Part shown: positions 15,384 through 24,120 of the stretch, one piece after another
Layout of the letters: each line of letters begins with the position of its first letter
How positions within the stretch are numbered: the first letter of the stretch is position 1
DNA from: a virus
Lineage: Duplodnaviria > Caudoviricetes
Reading direction: 5' to 3' (one strand)
Virus record (IMG/VR): IMGVR_UViG_3300017705_001068
Coordinates: 1 to 24,120 of that record
DNA length: 24,120 nt
Position numbers and translations under genes: made by a program
Notes under the pieces: model-generated
Databases searched by the model: none
The model's input: only the letters and a program-made list of their open reading frames with translations
What the model was told of the DNA's origin: nothing

Positions 15384-16565
15384 TTATTTTATATTCAATT
15401 TTCTCATTTCCGACCAATTTTTCCCGCCGGTACAATTCACTTTATATTCGCCAAACCTAGTATGACTAAAAAGCTGCTTAATGTTGTTCACTTCATATTG
15501 GTCATCTTCGTGCAAATCAATTACAATAGAATCATGATTACAGAACTTTATAAAGCTCTTTCTACTCTCTAAGAACTCCCACACTTTATACATTTGCTCA
15601 AACAATAAATCTGCTGCTGTTGATTGCACAACATAATTAACCGCATGTTCTTTATCACACGGTATTTCTCTATCAAAAGGGGTTACTACTTTATCACCCA
15701 TAAAATACAAAGTTTTAAGTTTTTCTCGGTCGTAAATATGGCTTACCTTCTCATCGTTGCTGTTAGGGTTGTAAAGCCAAGCAAATATGCTTTTCTTAGC
15801 AGTTTCGCGATCTTTTACACCTTTAAAGACGTTTTGAAGGTTCCATTCATGAAGGTCTTCTTCGGGTTGGGACTGGTTAAGTAAAGCTAGCGCAGTTCGT
15901 AGCTCGCAAGCATTAAAATCAAGCTCAAATAACCAATGATTTGTGGGAGCCAACACCTTTCTGTATTTTTTAGCTAGCGTCATTATTGGAAAAGAATACT
16001 TTTTTGTACTTAGGCGTCCAGTTCTGGTTTTAAATTGCTCATATGTTATTTGTGCTTTGGCATCTTTAATCTGTTTATAGGTATTCTTATCTTGTACTGT
16101 GATTCTATCCATCATTTCTAAGTTTAAATCTAGAGGTTGTCGGCCGAATTCTGTAATCATTTTTGTTATTTTGAGTAGATGATCGTAGTTTTTTGGTTTT
16201 TGGTAGTTTTCAAAGATAAACTTGCATACTTCATTTTTAGTCTCGGCCCAAGCTAAAAGAACATGTTCTGGTAATAAGTTATATATACATGTTTCATCTA
16301 GATTAATTTTTGTGATGATCGCAGATCTAACGATTGCTTCTATACTAGCTAATGTGCGGTAATATTTTTCTAAATGTTCGGGAGGGCACACTTCTTCTAG
16401 TGAGGCGCCATTGACAAATAATTGTGCATATTGTATATTTTCATTCTTAAGATAGGATGCATAAGACCAAGTTTGGGTGCATTCTAAAGTAACGTTGTCT
16501 TGGAAGAGAGGTGCTTTGTACACCATCGGGCATTTTTCTTTATTATCAAATGTTTGAAATAACAT
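15384..16565 (-). CDS. Compact family A DNA polymerase (polymerase domain)
   Basis: TRTGRLS, motif A LDFNACELR, DLHEWN, motif B RETAKKSIFAWLY, NYVVQSTAADL, motif C NHDSIVID; only 393 aa. Confidence 0.85.
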   Translation of the reverse strand: MLFQTFDNKEKCPMVYKAPLFQDNVTLECTQTWSYASYLKNENIQYAQLFVNGASLEEVCPPEHLEKYYRTLASIEAIVRSAIITKINLDETCIYNLLPEHVLLAWAETKNEVCKFIFENYQKPKNYDHLLKITKMITEFGRQPLDLNLEMMDRITVQDKNTYKQIKDAKAQITYEQFKTRTGRLSTKKYSFPIMTLAKKYRKVLAPTNHWLFELDFNACELRTALALLNQSQPEEDLHEWNLQNVFKGVKDRETAKKSIFAWLYNPNSNDEKVSHIYDREKLKTLYFMGDKVVTPFDREIPCDKEHAVNYVVQSTAADLLFEQMYKVWEFLESRKSFIKFCNHDSIVIDLHEDDQYEVNNIKQLFSHTRFGEYKVNCTGGKNWSEMRKLNIK

Positions 16566-17935
16566 TAATATCCTGTATAAAACTCTGTAACTATTTTACT
16601 TGCTGTCGGCTTTTCTTTCTCTGATGGTATCATATCACCTGTATTAGCAAAAGTCAAGAAGTTTTTAGGGCCTCGCGAATTAGTCCAAAACGGCTTTCTG
16701 GTTTTAGGATCGTGGATTATCGTTGGATTATAAAACTTTTCTAGCAGCCCTAAAGCACTATTAGTCATCATGATGTCTTTGCTTTGTTTTAGGAATTTCT
16801 TTCGAAACTGTTTATATTTAATGCTATTCTTTGTTTTATATTCCATTCTTAGTATTCTTTCAAATATGCGTAAAAAGAAGCAATCGGTGAACGCTTCTAA
16901 GAATTCACTGAAAGAATATTGCGCGATGCCATAAGATACGTCAGGCTGTCTTGTTATTTCGGCTGTCGACGCGGATTTAAAGTTGGCATCCGGCGTGAAC
17001 GTTCTTTTACCCGGTGTTACCAAAATCCTCATTTTGTTTGCATAATCAGAATAACCTTCATATATTGCGATCTTCAAAGTGTAATAAGCTATGTTAATCA
17101 CCTTATCGTATTGCTTCTCAAACAAATAATCAATCGAAGGAATCATGCCTTGAGCCAAATAACCATCAATTTTAATGTCTTTACCGTGGCGATTAACTGT
17201 GTGGCCAAACTGCATTGGTTTGGAATTTAAATCCGCAATAAGCATCCATGGCGCATTTTTGTTCACTCTAAACCCAAATTTGGCTGCGGCTTTAACATAT
17301 TTATCGAATTCGATATCATCAAAATACATGCCTTTGCCCGGATCATCATCAAAGTTTTTTCCTTGTAATAATTCTAACGCTAAACCGGTAGAGCCAATTG
17401 ACGTTAACTGAGAAGCAAAAAAAGAATAATAAGAAAATACAAGGTTGTTTGTTTTTAGGAATTTTAACAATTCTGCAACATAGCTTTTTGGATTTATAAC
17501 GAACTTACCAGAAGCTATGAGTTGTTTGTTAAAAAACTCAACCATGCTTTTGGAATAACCGGCGTATTCGTTAGTACTATCTTCAAAACTGTTTTTGACT
17601 TGAAAGTCGCCAAATAAATTTTGAAGTTGAGTGTGCCCAACGTAAATATTTCTTTTTATATAAAATCGAAAATCATTATATGCCTTATGAACGAAATCAA
17701 ATGAAACTAAGTTATCTTTTGCCCCATATGTCAAAAGTTTCTTTTTTGGGACGACTAAGCTACCCTTACGATCAACTTTGCCATAAAAAGGAACATCGTA
17801 CCATAAATCTATATAATTGCTATTGATATTGTTGAATATTTGAGATGTTACAAGTTTGTAATGCATTCTCTCTTCGTATAAAGTACGAGAACCTAATCCT
17901 GATCGAGCTTTAAAATCTAGTGTGTCTTCGGGCAT
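16565..17935 (-). CDS. Hypothetical protein
   Basis: 456 aa; TAATG overlap with polymerase start; no family recognised. Confidence 0.7.
   Translation of the reverse strand: MPEDTLDFKARSGLGSRTLYEERMHYKLVTSQIFNNINSNYIDLWYDVPFYGKVDRKGSLVVPKKKLLTYGAKDNLVSFDFVHKAYNDFRFYIKRNIYVGHTQLQNLFGDFQVKNSFEDSTNEYAGYSKSMVEFFNKQLIASGKFVINPKSYVAELLKFLKTNNLVFSYYSFFASQLTSIGSTGLALELLQGKNFDDDPGKGMYFDDIEFDKYVKAAAKFGFRVNKNAPWMLIADLNSKPMQFGHTVNRHGKDIKIDGYLAQGMIPSIDYLFEKQYDKVINIAYYTLKIAIYEGYSDYANKMRILVTPGKRTFTPDANFKSASTAEITRQPDVSYGIAQYSFSEFLEAFTDCFFLRIFERILRMEYKTKNSIKYKQFRKKFLKQSKDIMMTNSALGLLEKFYNPTIIHDPKTRKPFWTNSRGPKNFLTFANTGDMIPSEKEKPTASKIVTEFYTGY
16629..16657 (-). promoter_or_regulatory. Gene-internal sigma70-type promoter upstream of DNA polymerase
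   Basis: TTGACT (16657-16652), 17 nt, TATGAT (16634-16629) preceded by TGn. Confidence 0.65.
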
Positions 17936-17977
17936 ACTGTATATAGTGTTCCTTCTTTCTTTGCATTACTGGGCCGA

Positions 17978-20881
17978 CTATTTACCGCCATATTTAGTTG
18001 CAACTGCTCCATCATGATAATGTTTTTCGCCCATGAGAACGCCTTTCTGTTTCTTTAGTTCCTTTAGCTTTTCATTAAGCGCTTCCAGTTCTTTTTTCTT
18101 ACCTTCGGGTGAGCTTTTGAAATTATCAAGGCCTTTTTCCATGGCTTTTGCTTTTGCTGCAGCGGCGTTTGACTCCTTTAATAACTTAGCTAGCTTTTTC
18201 TGGCCAGACTCAGTTTCAACCCGGGCGTCCTTTCGCCAGTCATTATAGGCCTCCAGAGCTTTCTCGGCCTCCTCTTTTGCGCCTTCTACATCTGATTCCA
18301 TTTGGCTCATGGTTGAGCCGGATTCCCAAAATTCATACCAAGAACTTGCGCCAGTGGTACGAGCGCGAACTTCTTTCATTTGTGTTTCGACTGTGGCTAT
18401 CTGTTGGTCATAATAGTTGATAGCGCTGTTGTATTTAGTACCTTTGTCATATAGCTCATCTCCGGTGAGGGTTGTGTCTAACGCGAAGGGTTTTTCCAGT
18501 TTTCCGCCGGATGTCTTAGGCTCAGATGGGTTTAAGTGTTGATACATAGAATAAGTCAGCAGTGTATGAATGTTGGTTTCGTATCCGGCCGCAGAAAACT
18601 TGTGTGTTACTTTTTTAATAGCATAATAGCCAGTAGCTTTAACCTGTCTGGAATCTGACTTTATAAATGGATTTAAATCTACGTACACCAATTGTCCAAT
18701 ATTGAACAAAGGAAATCCCAAAGTGGTAATGTCTGCTGTGAATACTATTGGAATCCAGTCGCCGTCTTGAATTTTTTGCTTTTTCTTATCCGGTACCGTT
18801 GCCAAACCGCCTGCGGCGTCACGCTGCGGATCATAAAATATCGCCGTTTTATCGGTGGCGTTAGCTACATCACTTAACTTAACACTCTTAACTATTCCAT
18901 AGCGCTGGCCGCCTAAATAAAAATGGTACACTTTATTGCGAAGGTTTGCATGATATTTCCCAAATGGAAACTTCTTGGCTCCGATTTCCTGACTAACATT
19001 TTTTGAACCGAAGATAAAATATATTATTTCGCCTTTCTTTTTATTGTCTCCTATAGCAATATCTATTTTTGGTGTTTTGAATGACTTTGATTTTGATTCT
19101 CTCAAACAAACGTTAAAAAAACCGGTGAGAAACTTTTCTACCATTACTTTTAGAAAGTCATCATATGAGAAAAAATCCTTTTCTTTGCCTATAATCTCAT
19201 TTGCAAAAAAGTTATTCAACTTTTTTAAAGAAATGGGCAGATAATATAGTTTAAAATTCTTTATTGCTTGATTGGTGTACGGTGTTCTATAAGAAACCAG
19301 TCCAAAATCAGTATATATTGTTTTACCAGAGGTGTTTTTTATCTCTTGATGGATCTTGGTGGGGCTACCGGGGGAAACAGGTAGTTGCATTAACGAATTC
19401 ATCAAGTCTCCTAAAAAAACATACGGTATCGTCTGGTACTTACTATGGCTTATCACATCTGCATCAATTGCTGGCGCAGCATCAACATTTATTTTGTTTA
19501 TGGCTGCTCGTAAAGTTGTTTTGTCCGGGTTCATTATCTGATGCTTAATCTCTTGATTTTCTGTAAGGGAAACATATGCATACTTTATATCATTTAGCGC
19601 CAAGATGTTTTGTATCAGTGTGCGTAAAGCAATAAATTTTGCTAGTTGTGCAGCTCTGAGAACTTCTTCTTTAGCATGGTCGGATGCTCCTGTTTTCGTT
19701 GCTTCAAGCGCTTGAATAGCGGTCCACGTGCCGCCGGATTTGTTTTTATACTCTTTTATAAGGTCGTCTATGCTGGTGCCTTTGGAATCATCAGCAAAAT
19801 TTGCATACCATCTTCCGTATACGCCGGATACTTTGTCGGCGCCTTCAATCCTGTTTATAATTCGCTGTGCTCGTGCAGGAGAATATGGTGGACTTTTCGC
19901 CATGGTTTGTGTTAGGACGGCAGTGTGCTCCGTGGAGGGGCTTTTTATTTCTTTGAGCTTAAGCTTATCGAGATAATAAATAACAGCATCGTATTCTATC
20001 GCCAATTCTTTATGTTGTTCAATTCCAGCGTTGGCTGTGGCGACGATTATGTTCCCCGCAGCCTTGACTCCCTTTGTTTTGCCTTTAATGGTGTCGTAAG
20101 CTTCTCTAGCTAAAGCTAAAATGTTGGAGGCTGGGCCATTGATCGCATCGATAAAGGCGCCTCTATAACTAGCGTTAACTATAACGGAGCCGTCATCTCT
20201 TATGTCAAGAGAATATTTTTCCAAAATAGTTTGTAAACGTAAAGTGTAATTCCCCAAACCCAAACTTTTGTTAAGTTTATCGTTAGTGCTCCAACCCAGT
20301 TCAAATTCTAAATAACGAAATAACTTTTTTTTGCCTTTCTTTGTGCTATTTTTTATATTTAATAATCTAGAATATGGGTCTTTAGACAGGGTTCTTAAAT
20401 CTTGGAACATGTATACTGCGTCTGCTCTTATTACTTTTCGTGTTGCTGAGTCGATACCTTCATATGTAATATTAAGGCTTTGAATGCCTCCGTTTATTCT
20501 TTCACCTGTTGACTGTAGGATTTTTTGTCCCGGGTCAAAGAATTTGGTATTATTTGTAGATGGTAGTATATCTTTTCGTGAAGCTTGTGCGCCGCCTCTA
20601 GAGTAATACCTTTCTGAGACAGTTACGAATGGGGCCATCTGAGCTATTTGGTTGGGCTTAAGCTGGAAGAAATTTTTAATTTTGGGAACGATGGTTACGC
20701 TATTGATATATTTCGTATTTGTTTTATACTTTTTGAGAGGGCCGGGGAGATTGATCTGGCGAGAGAGGGATCCCTTTTTAATTGATGTGCCCTTTTTCTT
20801 ATATATTTCCTCCGCCTTTTCCAACAAGAAGCACTGTTCGTTTATTGTGGGCGGTAAGGTTATGGATCCTTTTCCTGACAT
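17978..20881 (-). CDS. Baseplate hub-like protein (T4 gp27 / P2 gpD-like) with coiled-coil C-terminal extension
   Basis: ADITTLGFPLFNIGQLVYVD...GYYAIKKVTHKFSAAGYETNI is typical of hub C-terminal barrels; follows TMP, tube initiator and LysM genes. Confidence 0.6.
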   Translation of the reverse strand: MSGKGSITLPPTINEQCFLLEKAEEIYKKKGTSIKKGSLSRQINLPGPLKKYKTNTKYINSVTIVPKIKNFFQLKPNQIAQMAPFVTVSERYYSRGGAQASRKDILPSTNNTKFFDPGQKILQSTGERINGGIQSLNITYEGIDSATRKVIRADAVYMFQDLRTLSKDPYSRLLNIKNSTKKGKKKLFRYLEFELGWSTNDKLNKSLGLGNYTLRLQTILEKYSLDIRDDGSVIVNASYRGAFIDAINGPASNILALAREAYDTIKGKTKGVKAAGNIIVATANAGIEQHKELAIEYDAVIYYLDKLKLKEIKSPSTEHTAVLTQTMAKSPPYSPARAQRIINRIEGADKVSGVYGRWYANFADDSKGTSIDDLIKEYKNKSGGTWTAIQALEATKTGASDHAKEEVLRAAQLAKFIALRTLIQNILALNDIKYAYVSLTENQEIKHQIMNPDKTTLRAAINKINVDAAPAIDADVISHSKYQTIPYVFLGDLMNSLMQLPVSPGSPTKIHQEIKNTSGKTIYTDFGLVSYRTPYTNQAIKNFKLYYLPISLKKLNNFFANEIIGKEKDFFSYDDFLKVMVEKFLTGFFNVCLRESKSKSFKTPKIDIAIGDNKKKGEIIYFIFGSKNVSQEIGAKKFPFGKYHANLRNKVYHFYLGGQRYGIVKSVKLSDVANATDKTAIFYDPQRDAAGGLATVPDKKKQKIQDGDWIPIVFTADITTLGFPLFNIGQLVYVDLNPFIKSDSRQVKATGYYAIKKVTHKFSAAGYETNIHTLLTYSMYQHLNPSEPKTSGGKLEKPFALDTTLTGDELYDKGTKYNSAINYYDQQIATVETQMKEVRARTTGASSWYEFWESGSTMSQMESDVEGAKEEAEKALEAYNDWRKDARVETESGQKKLAKLLKESNAAAAKAKAMEKGLDNFKSSPEGKKKELEALNEKLKELKKQKGVLMGEKHYHDGAVATKYGGK

Positions 20882-20895
20882 TATTTACCTTTTTC

Positions 20896-21249
20896 CTATG
20901 TTAGCCCCAAAATATCTAAAACAGATTCAAGAGGGGTTGGGATAGTTACTACGTCACCGGGTGAAAAGTCTGTTTCTAGCGGTCTCATGTTAAACCACGC
21001 TATAATCCACCAATATTCTGGATCGTTGTAATATTCGTTGGCTAATTTAAAATATTTAGTTCCGATTGCCCAAATCTCTGTTTCTAGAGTGAACTCTTCT
21101 GCGATATCTTCCGGAGAGGGGTATTTCAATTCTGCGGTATCGAACTGGTTTATTAAACCCACGCCCCTATTCATAAAAATTTTAGAGTAGGAATAATCGG
21201 TTGTTGCGTTTTTTAGAACAGTTCTTAAGTCGTATCTAGATATAGCCAT
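20896..21249 (-). CDS. LysM-like baseplate protein (T4 gp53 / P2 gpX-like)
   Basis: KLANEYYNDPEYWWIIAWFN...PGDVVTIP. Confidence 0.8.
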   Translation of the reverse strand: MAISRYDLRTVLKNATTDYSYSKIFMNRGVGLINQFDTAELKYPSPEDIAEEFTLETEIWAIGTKYFKLANEYYNDPEYWWIIAWFNMRPLETDFSPGDVVTIPTPLESVLDILGLT

Positions 21250-21269
21250 TTATTGGTTTCCTTGTTTTG

Positions 21270-22145
21270 TTACTCGGGTGAGGTTTCTATACCTGCTTCG
21301 AGTAATTTGATAAGCTTTGCTTGATTCTTTGCATCGCCAACAACGCTTGCATCCTCTCTGAAGCTATAGAGCACTTTGTAGGCAGCAGAAGAGCCATATA
21401 CCTCTTGAATATCAAGAAACGTTTGATTGCTGATCTTATAATCGTTTTCTATTCTTTCCTCATCTTTGTTCGGTGGCGACGTTGCTTTGTCTTCTGGCGG
21501 CTTCTGTTTTTCTTGCGCAAGCTTTTTGTTTGCCTGTGTTGCCGTCTTGGCCTCGGTTTGTTTAATACCATATGGATAATCGGCTCCACCTTTGAATACG
21601 CTGGAATTTGTGAAACCAACGAACTCTTCGTGAAGTACTTGAATTTTCAAAGATATCTTAATATCTGAGAAGTACATTGTGTTTGTCTTCGTGCTTGAAA
21701 AATATTGAGCGTTTGTTTTCTCTTGAAATCCGGGATTAATTTGTATTGGGCCAGCGATATATCCTTGAAGCTGTTTGCCGCCTGTTCCTACAATATTCAT
21801 AAAATCAAATTTAAAATACGGGGGCGCTTTAAGGACCGGGATTTTCGTTTTTTTTCTATATGTTGGATATTGATATTGTATTAGTTTTTCTATTTTGCCC
21901 ATGTTTTCTAGCGCTTCGTTCTCATCATCTGCAATAATGCGAAAACCTAACGAGAGTTCGCGAGAAGTACCATTATAGAGAGAAATTGGATCCATTCTGC
22001 CGTAAACGTTAGCTGTAGACCATTTCGGGGTCCAACTATCGCTAAATTCTGTTACTATGGATGGGAAGCGCAAATCTTTCGCTCCCTTTACGTGAAGAGG
22101 TCTAATAATTATTACTCTTTGATCACCTTCTCTTGCTACAGGCAT
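21270..22145 (-). CDS. Tail tube initiator / baseplate protein (gp48/gp54, P2 gpU-like)
   Basis: FSDSWTPKW...VYGRMDPI..YNGTSRELSLGF...QYPTY...APP; directly after the tape measure gene. Confidence 0.65.
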   Translation of the reverse strand: MPVAREGDQRVIIIRPLHVKGAKDLRFPSIVTEFSDSWTPKWSTANVYGRMDPISLYNGTSRELSLGFRIIADDENEALENMGKIEKLIQYQYPTYRKKTKIPVLKAPPYFKFDFMNIVGTGGKQLQGYIAGPIQINPGFQEKTNAQYFSSTKTNTMYFSDIKISLKIQVLHEEFVGFTNSSVFKGGADYPYGIKQTEAKTATQANKKLAQEKQKPPEDKATSPPNKDEERIENDYKISNQTFLDIQEVYGSSAAYKVLYSFREDASVVGDAKNQAKLIKLLEAGIETSPE

Positions 22146-22168
22146 TTGCTTGTTGTTCTCCCTTTATA

Positions 22169-24120
22169 TTAAGTAGCCAAGTTAATATCTTTCATGAAAT
22201 TAAATTCTCTGTCTCCATAATTTGAAGCAAGCTGATCTCTACTATCATGGGTTTCTTTGCTTACTATCGTACCATCGGCTAGTTTGTTCGTGATATGTGT
22301 TACAATGACAACCGGTTGATCCTCTTTTCTTTTTTGAACGCTAGCATTAGCGCCAAATTCTGTTACTGTCTCGTCGACACCCTTTCCCGCGTTAATCGCA
22401 ATAGCTTTGCCGGGAGTTGACGAAGGGTCTCGGCCAATATCGAACAGCCCTAGGGAAGCAACACCACCGGCAATGCCGCCGAGAACGGCGCCAATTGGGT
22501 TACCTCCGGATATCATGAGGCCGCTAAGAATACCACCACCGACGCCCGTTGCAAAGCTACCGGCCGTTACACCGCCTTTTTCTTTAGCCATTTTGTTTGC
22601 TGCGTAAGCCGATCCTACCATCGCGATAGCTCCAGCGCTTCTCATTGCAAATTTTGCGATACTGCCGAAGCCGCCGGTCATTTTACCAAAGAAGCCGGAG
22701 CCGCCCTCACCGCCCTTTCCGCCACCGGGAATTCCCATCATTCCTTGGGCCACTTTTAAAGCTGCAATTTGCCCAGTAAAAGAGATTAATGCCCCTCCCG
22801 CGCTGCTTAATACCATCGTTAACGGGCCAAATGCGGCCGCCAATTTATCAATGCTCTTTTTAAAATCTTGCATTGTATCGACCATGGATTGCATTGTTTT
22901 TGCTTGGTTGTCTTGTGTTTTGCCCAGACTTTCTCCCCTTGTTTCTAAGGCCTTTTCGCCCTGCTGGACCTCGTTCATCACTTCAGACAAAGATTTATAG
23001 GCACTGGCGGGTTTATTAGCAATATCATCTAATGTTGAAGTAGATACGCTAGCTAATTTCTTTAATTCAAGCTCGCCAAAACCACTGGCCTCCGATAAAG
23101 CTTTTAATCGGGGTCTGAGCATCGTTTCGATAGATTCTCCGGACTCTTCAAACGATTTGCGCAATAACAGAAAGCCCTTTAGCGGTCCTTCGAGGTTAAC
23201 GGTATCCATCATTTCCATAAAATCGACGGTTGTGCCGAAAACTGCATTTAACTTAGAAGCTGCAGTTGCTGCTCCTTGAATCGTTGTCCACTTTTCCATG
23301 GACGACATTAACTTATCCATTGAAACGCCGCTCTTTTCTTGGACTTCTTGCATTCTCATAAATTCTTCGGTAAGATTTGGTATGCCGAGTTTCGCTAGAT
23401 TGCTAGATTGTGCTGCGAAGTCTCCCAATACTTTATTGACGTCCATATTGAGTGTTTTGGCCATCATCGCTAGATTCGCTGTTAGTTTCTGTGCTTCTTG
23501 TCGTGACTTGCCAAAAGTTAGTGTTAGTTCTTCTACGGTTTTTATTGTCGTTTGCGCGGATACTCCTAATCTTCTTTGGAGTGTTAAGCTAACAGCGTTG
23601 ATTGAATCTTGATCTAGTTTTGATGACTGTCTAAATGCTGTGGAGGCTTTAAAGAGGTCTTTATAATTTTTCTGTATCTCATCTCGTGTATAACGGGTAC
23701 TTTTCGCTATAACAGACGTTCTTTGGTTAAAGTTTTCAAGCTCTGAGCTAGTTAATACGTTAACTTCTCTGGCTGTTTTTCTAGACTCATCATAAAACTT
23801 TTTTGCTAATTCAATGGGCTTTGAGAAGCCGTATGTCTCTTTTACTGATTTACCCATCGCTCGAAAGGTTTCTTGCATTTTTAGTGTAACTTGCGCTATT
23901 TGATTTGCCCTGTCGAACACAAGCTTGAGGGTTTTGTCTGCGAATCCTTTGGCTACATTATCGCCTTCTTTAAGGTGGTTGGCTAATTTTCTAGCTTCGG
24001 AGCTAATACCAAAAAACTCTTGGGCTAGTTGTGTGGCGTCACTGGTGGTGGTCTCGACCAGTCCTCTTATCTTTTCCCAATCTTCTGCTTGTCCTTCAGT
24101 CTGTATAGCTTGTTCTTTGA
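22169..24120 (-). CDS. Tail tape measure protein, 5' end beyond the window
   Basis: The frame stays open from 23920 to the window end (no in-frame stop); long Ala/Lys/Glu-rich helical region then Gly-rich hydrophobic segments; synteny with baseplate genes. Confidence 0.8.
   Translation of the reverse strand, partial: KEQAIQTEGQAEDWEKIRGLVETTTSDATQLAQEFFGISSEARKLANHLKEGDNVAKGFADKTLKLVFDRANQIAQVTLKMQETFRAMGKSVKETYGFSKPIELAKKFYDESRKTAREVNVLTSSELENFNQRTSVIAKSTRYTRDEIQKNYKDLFKASTAFRQSSKLDQDSINAVSLTLQRRLGVSAQTTIKTVEELTLTFGKSRQEAQKLTANLAMMAKTLNMDVNKVLGDFAAQSSNLAKLGIPNLTEEFMRMQEVQEKSGVSMDKLMSSMEKWTTIQGAATAASKLNAVFGTTVDFMEMMDTVNLEGPLKGFLLLRKSFEESGESIETMLRPRLKALSEASGFGELELKKLASVSTSTLDDIANKPASAYKSLSEVMNEVQQGEKALETRGESLGKTQDNQAKTMQSMVDTMQDFKKSIDKLAAAFGPLTMVLSSAGGALISFTGQIAALKVAQGMMGIPGGGKGGEGGSGFFGKMTGGFGSIAKFAMRSAGAIAMVGSAYAANKMAKEKGGVTAGSFATGVGGGILSGLMISGGNPIGAVLGGIAGGVASLGLFDIGRDPSSTPGKAIAINAGKGVDETVTEFGANASVQKRKEDQPVVIVTHITNKLADGTIVSKETHDSRDQLASNYGDREFNFMKDINLAT

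Noticed and set aside
178-23612. Plus-strand ORFs (60-119 aa) and nested alternative-frame minus-strand ORFs in the track
   Set aside because: They lie within or antisense to well-supported minus-strand genes, lack motifs and read as shadow ORFs.
1-24120. Stop-codon reassignment and tRNA genes
   Set aside because: Genes are intact in the standard code and end in TAA, TAG and TGA; intergenic gaps are short and show no cloverleaf or T-loop motif.

Overview
A gene-dense segment of a large, probably contractile-tailed dsDNA bacteriophage; every credible gene is on the minus strand and reads in the standard code. In transcription order (right to left): tail module (partial tape measure, tube-initiator-like, LysM/gp53-like, baseplate hub-like), a hypothetical gene, a compact family A DNA polymerase, two small proteins with short Glu-ending N-terminal leaders, a divergent tubulin/FtsZ-like protein, gp32-like SSB, RecA, an inserted endonuclease + beta-class methyltransferase pair and a stand-alone DUF262 gene, a secreted Arg-rich protein, 5'-3' exonuclease, small envelope-type genes, DnaB-like helicase, class II RNR (NrdJ), GapR/DsbA-like, GroES-like, SLT transglycosylase and a partial nucleotidyltransferase-like gene. 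Six near-consensus sigma70 promoters are visible. Most notable: (1) a phage-encoded protein resembling myxobacterial gliding-motility protein CglF/GltF; (2) an exact 37-bp intergenic element repeated 5060 bp apart, 3 nt after two stop codons, which folds into a hairpin whose loop can pair with the next gene's ribosome-binding region; (3) an apparently complete R-M pair plus DUF262 island; (4) a tubulin-like gene with a degenerate signature. Family assignments are from motif recognition by eye, not database searches.
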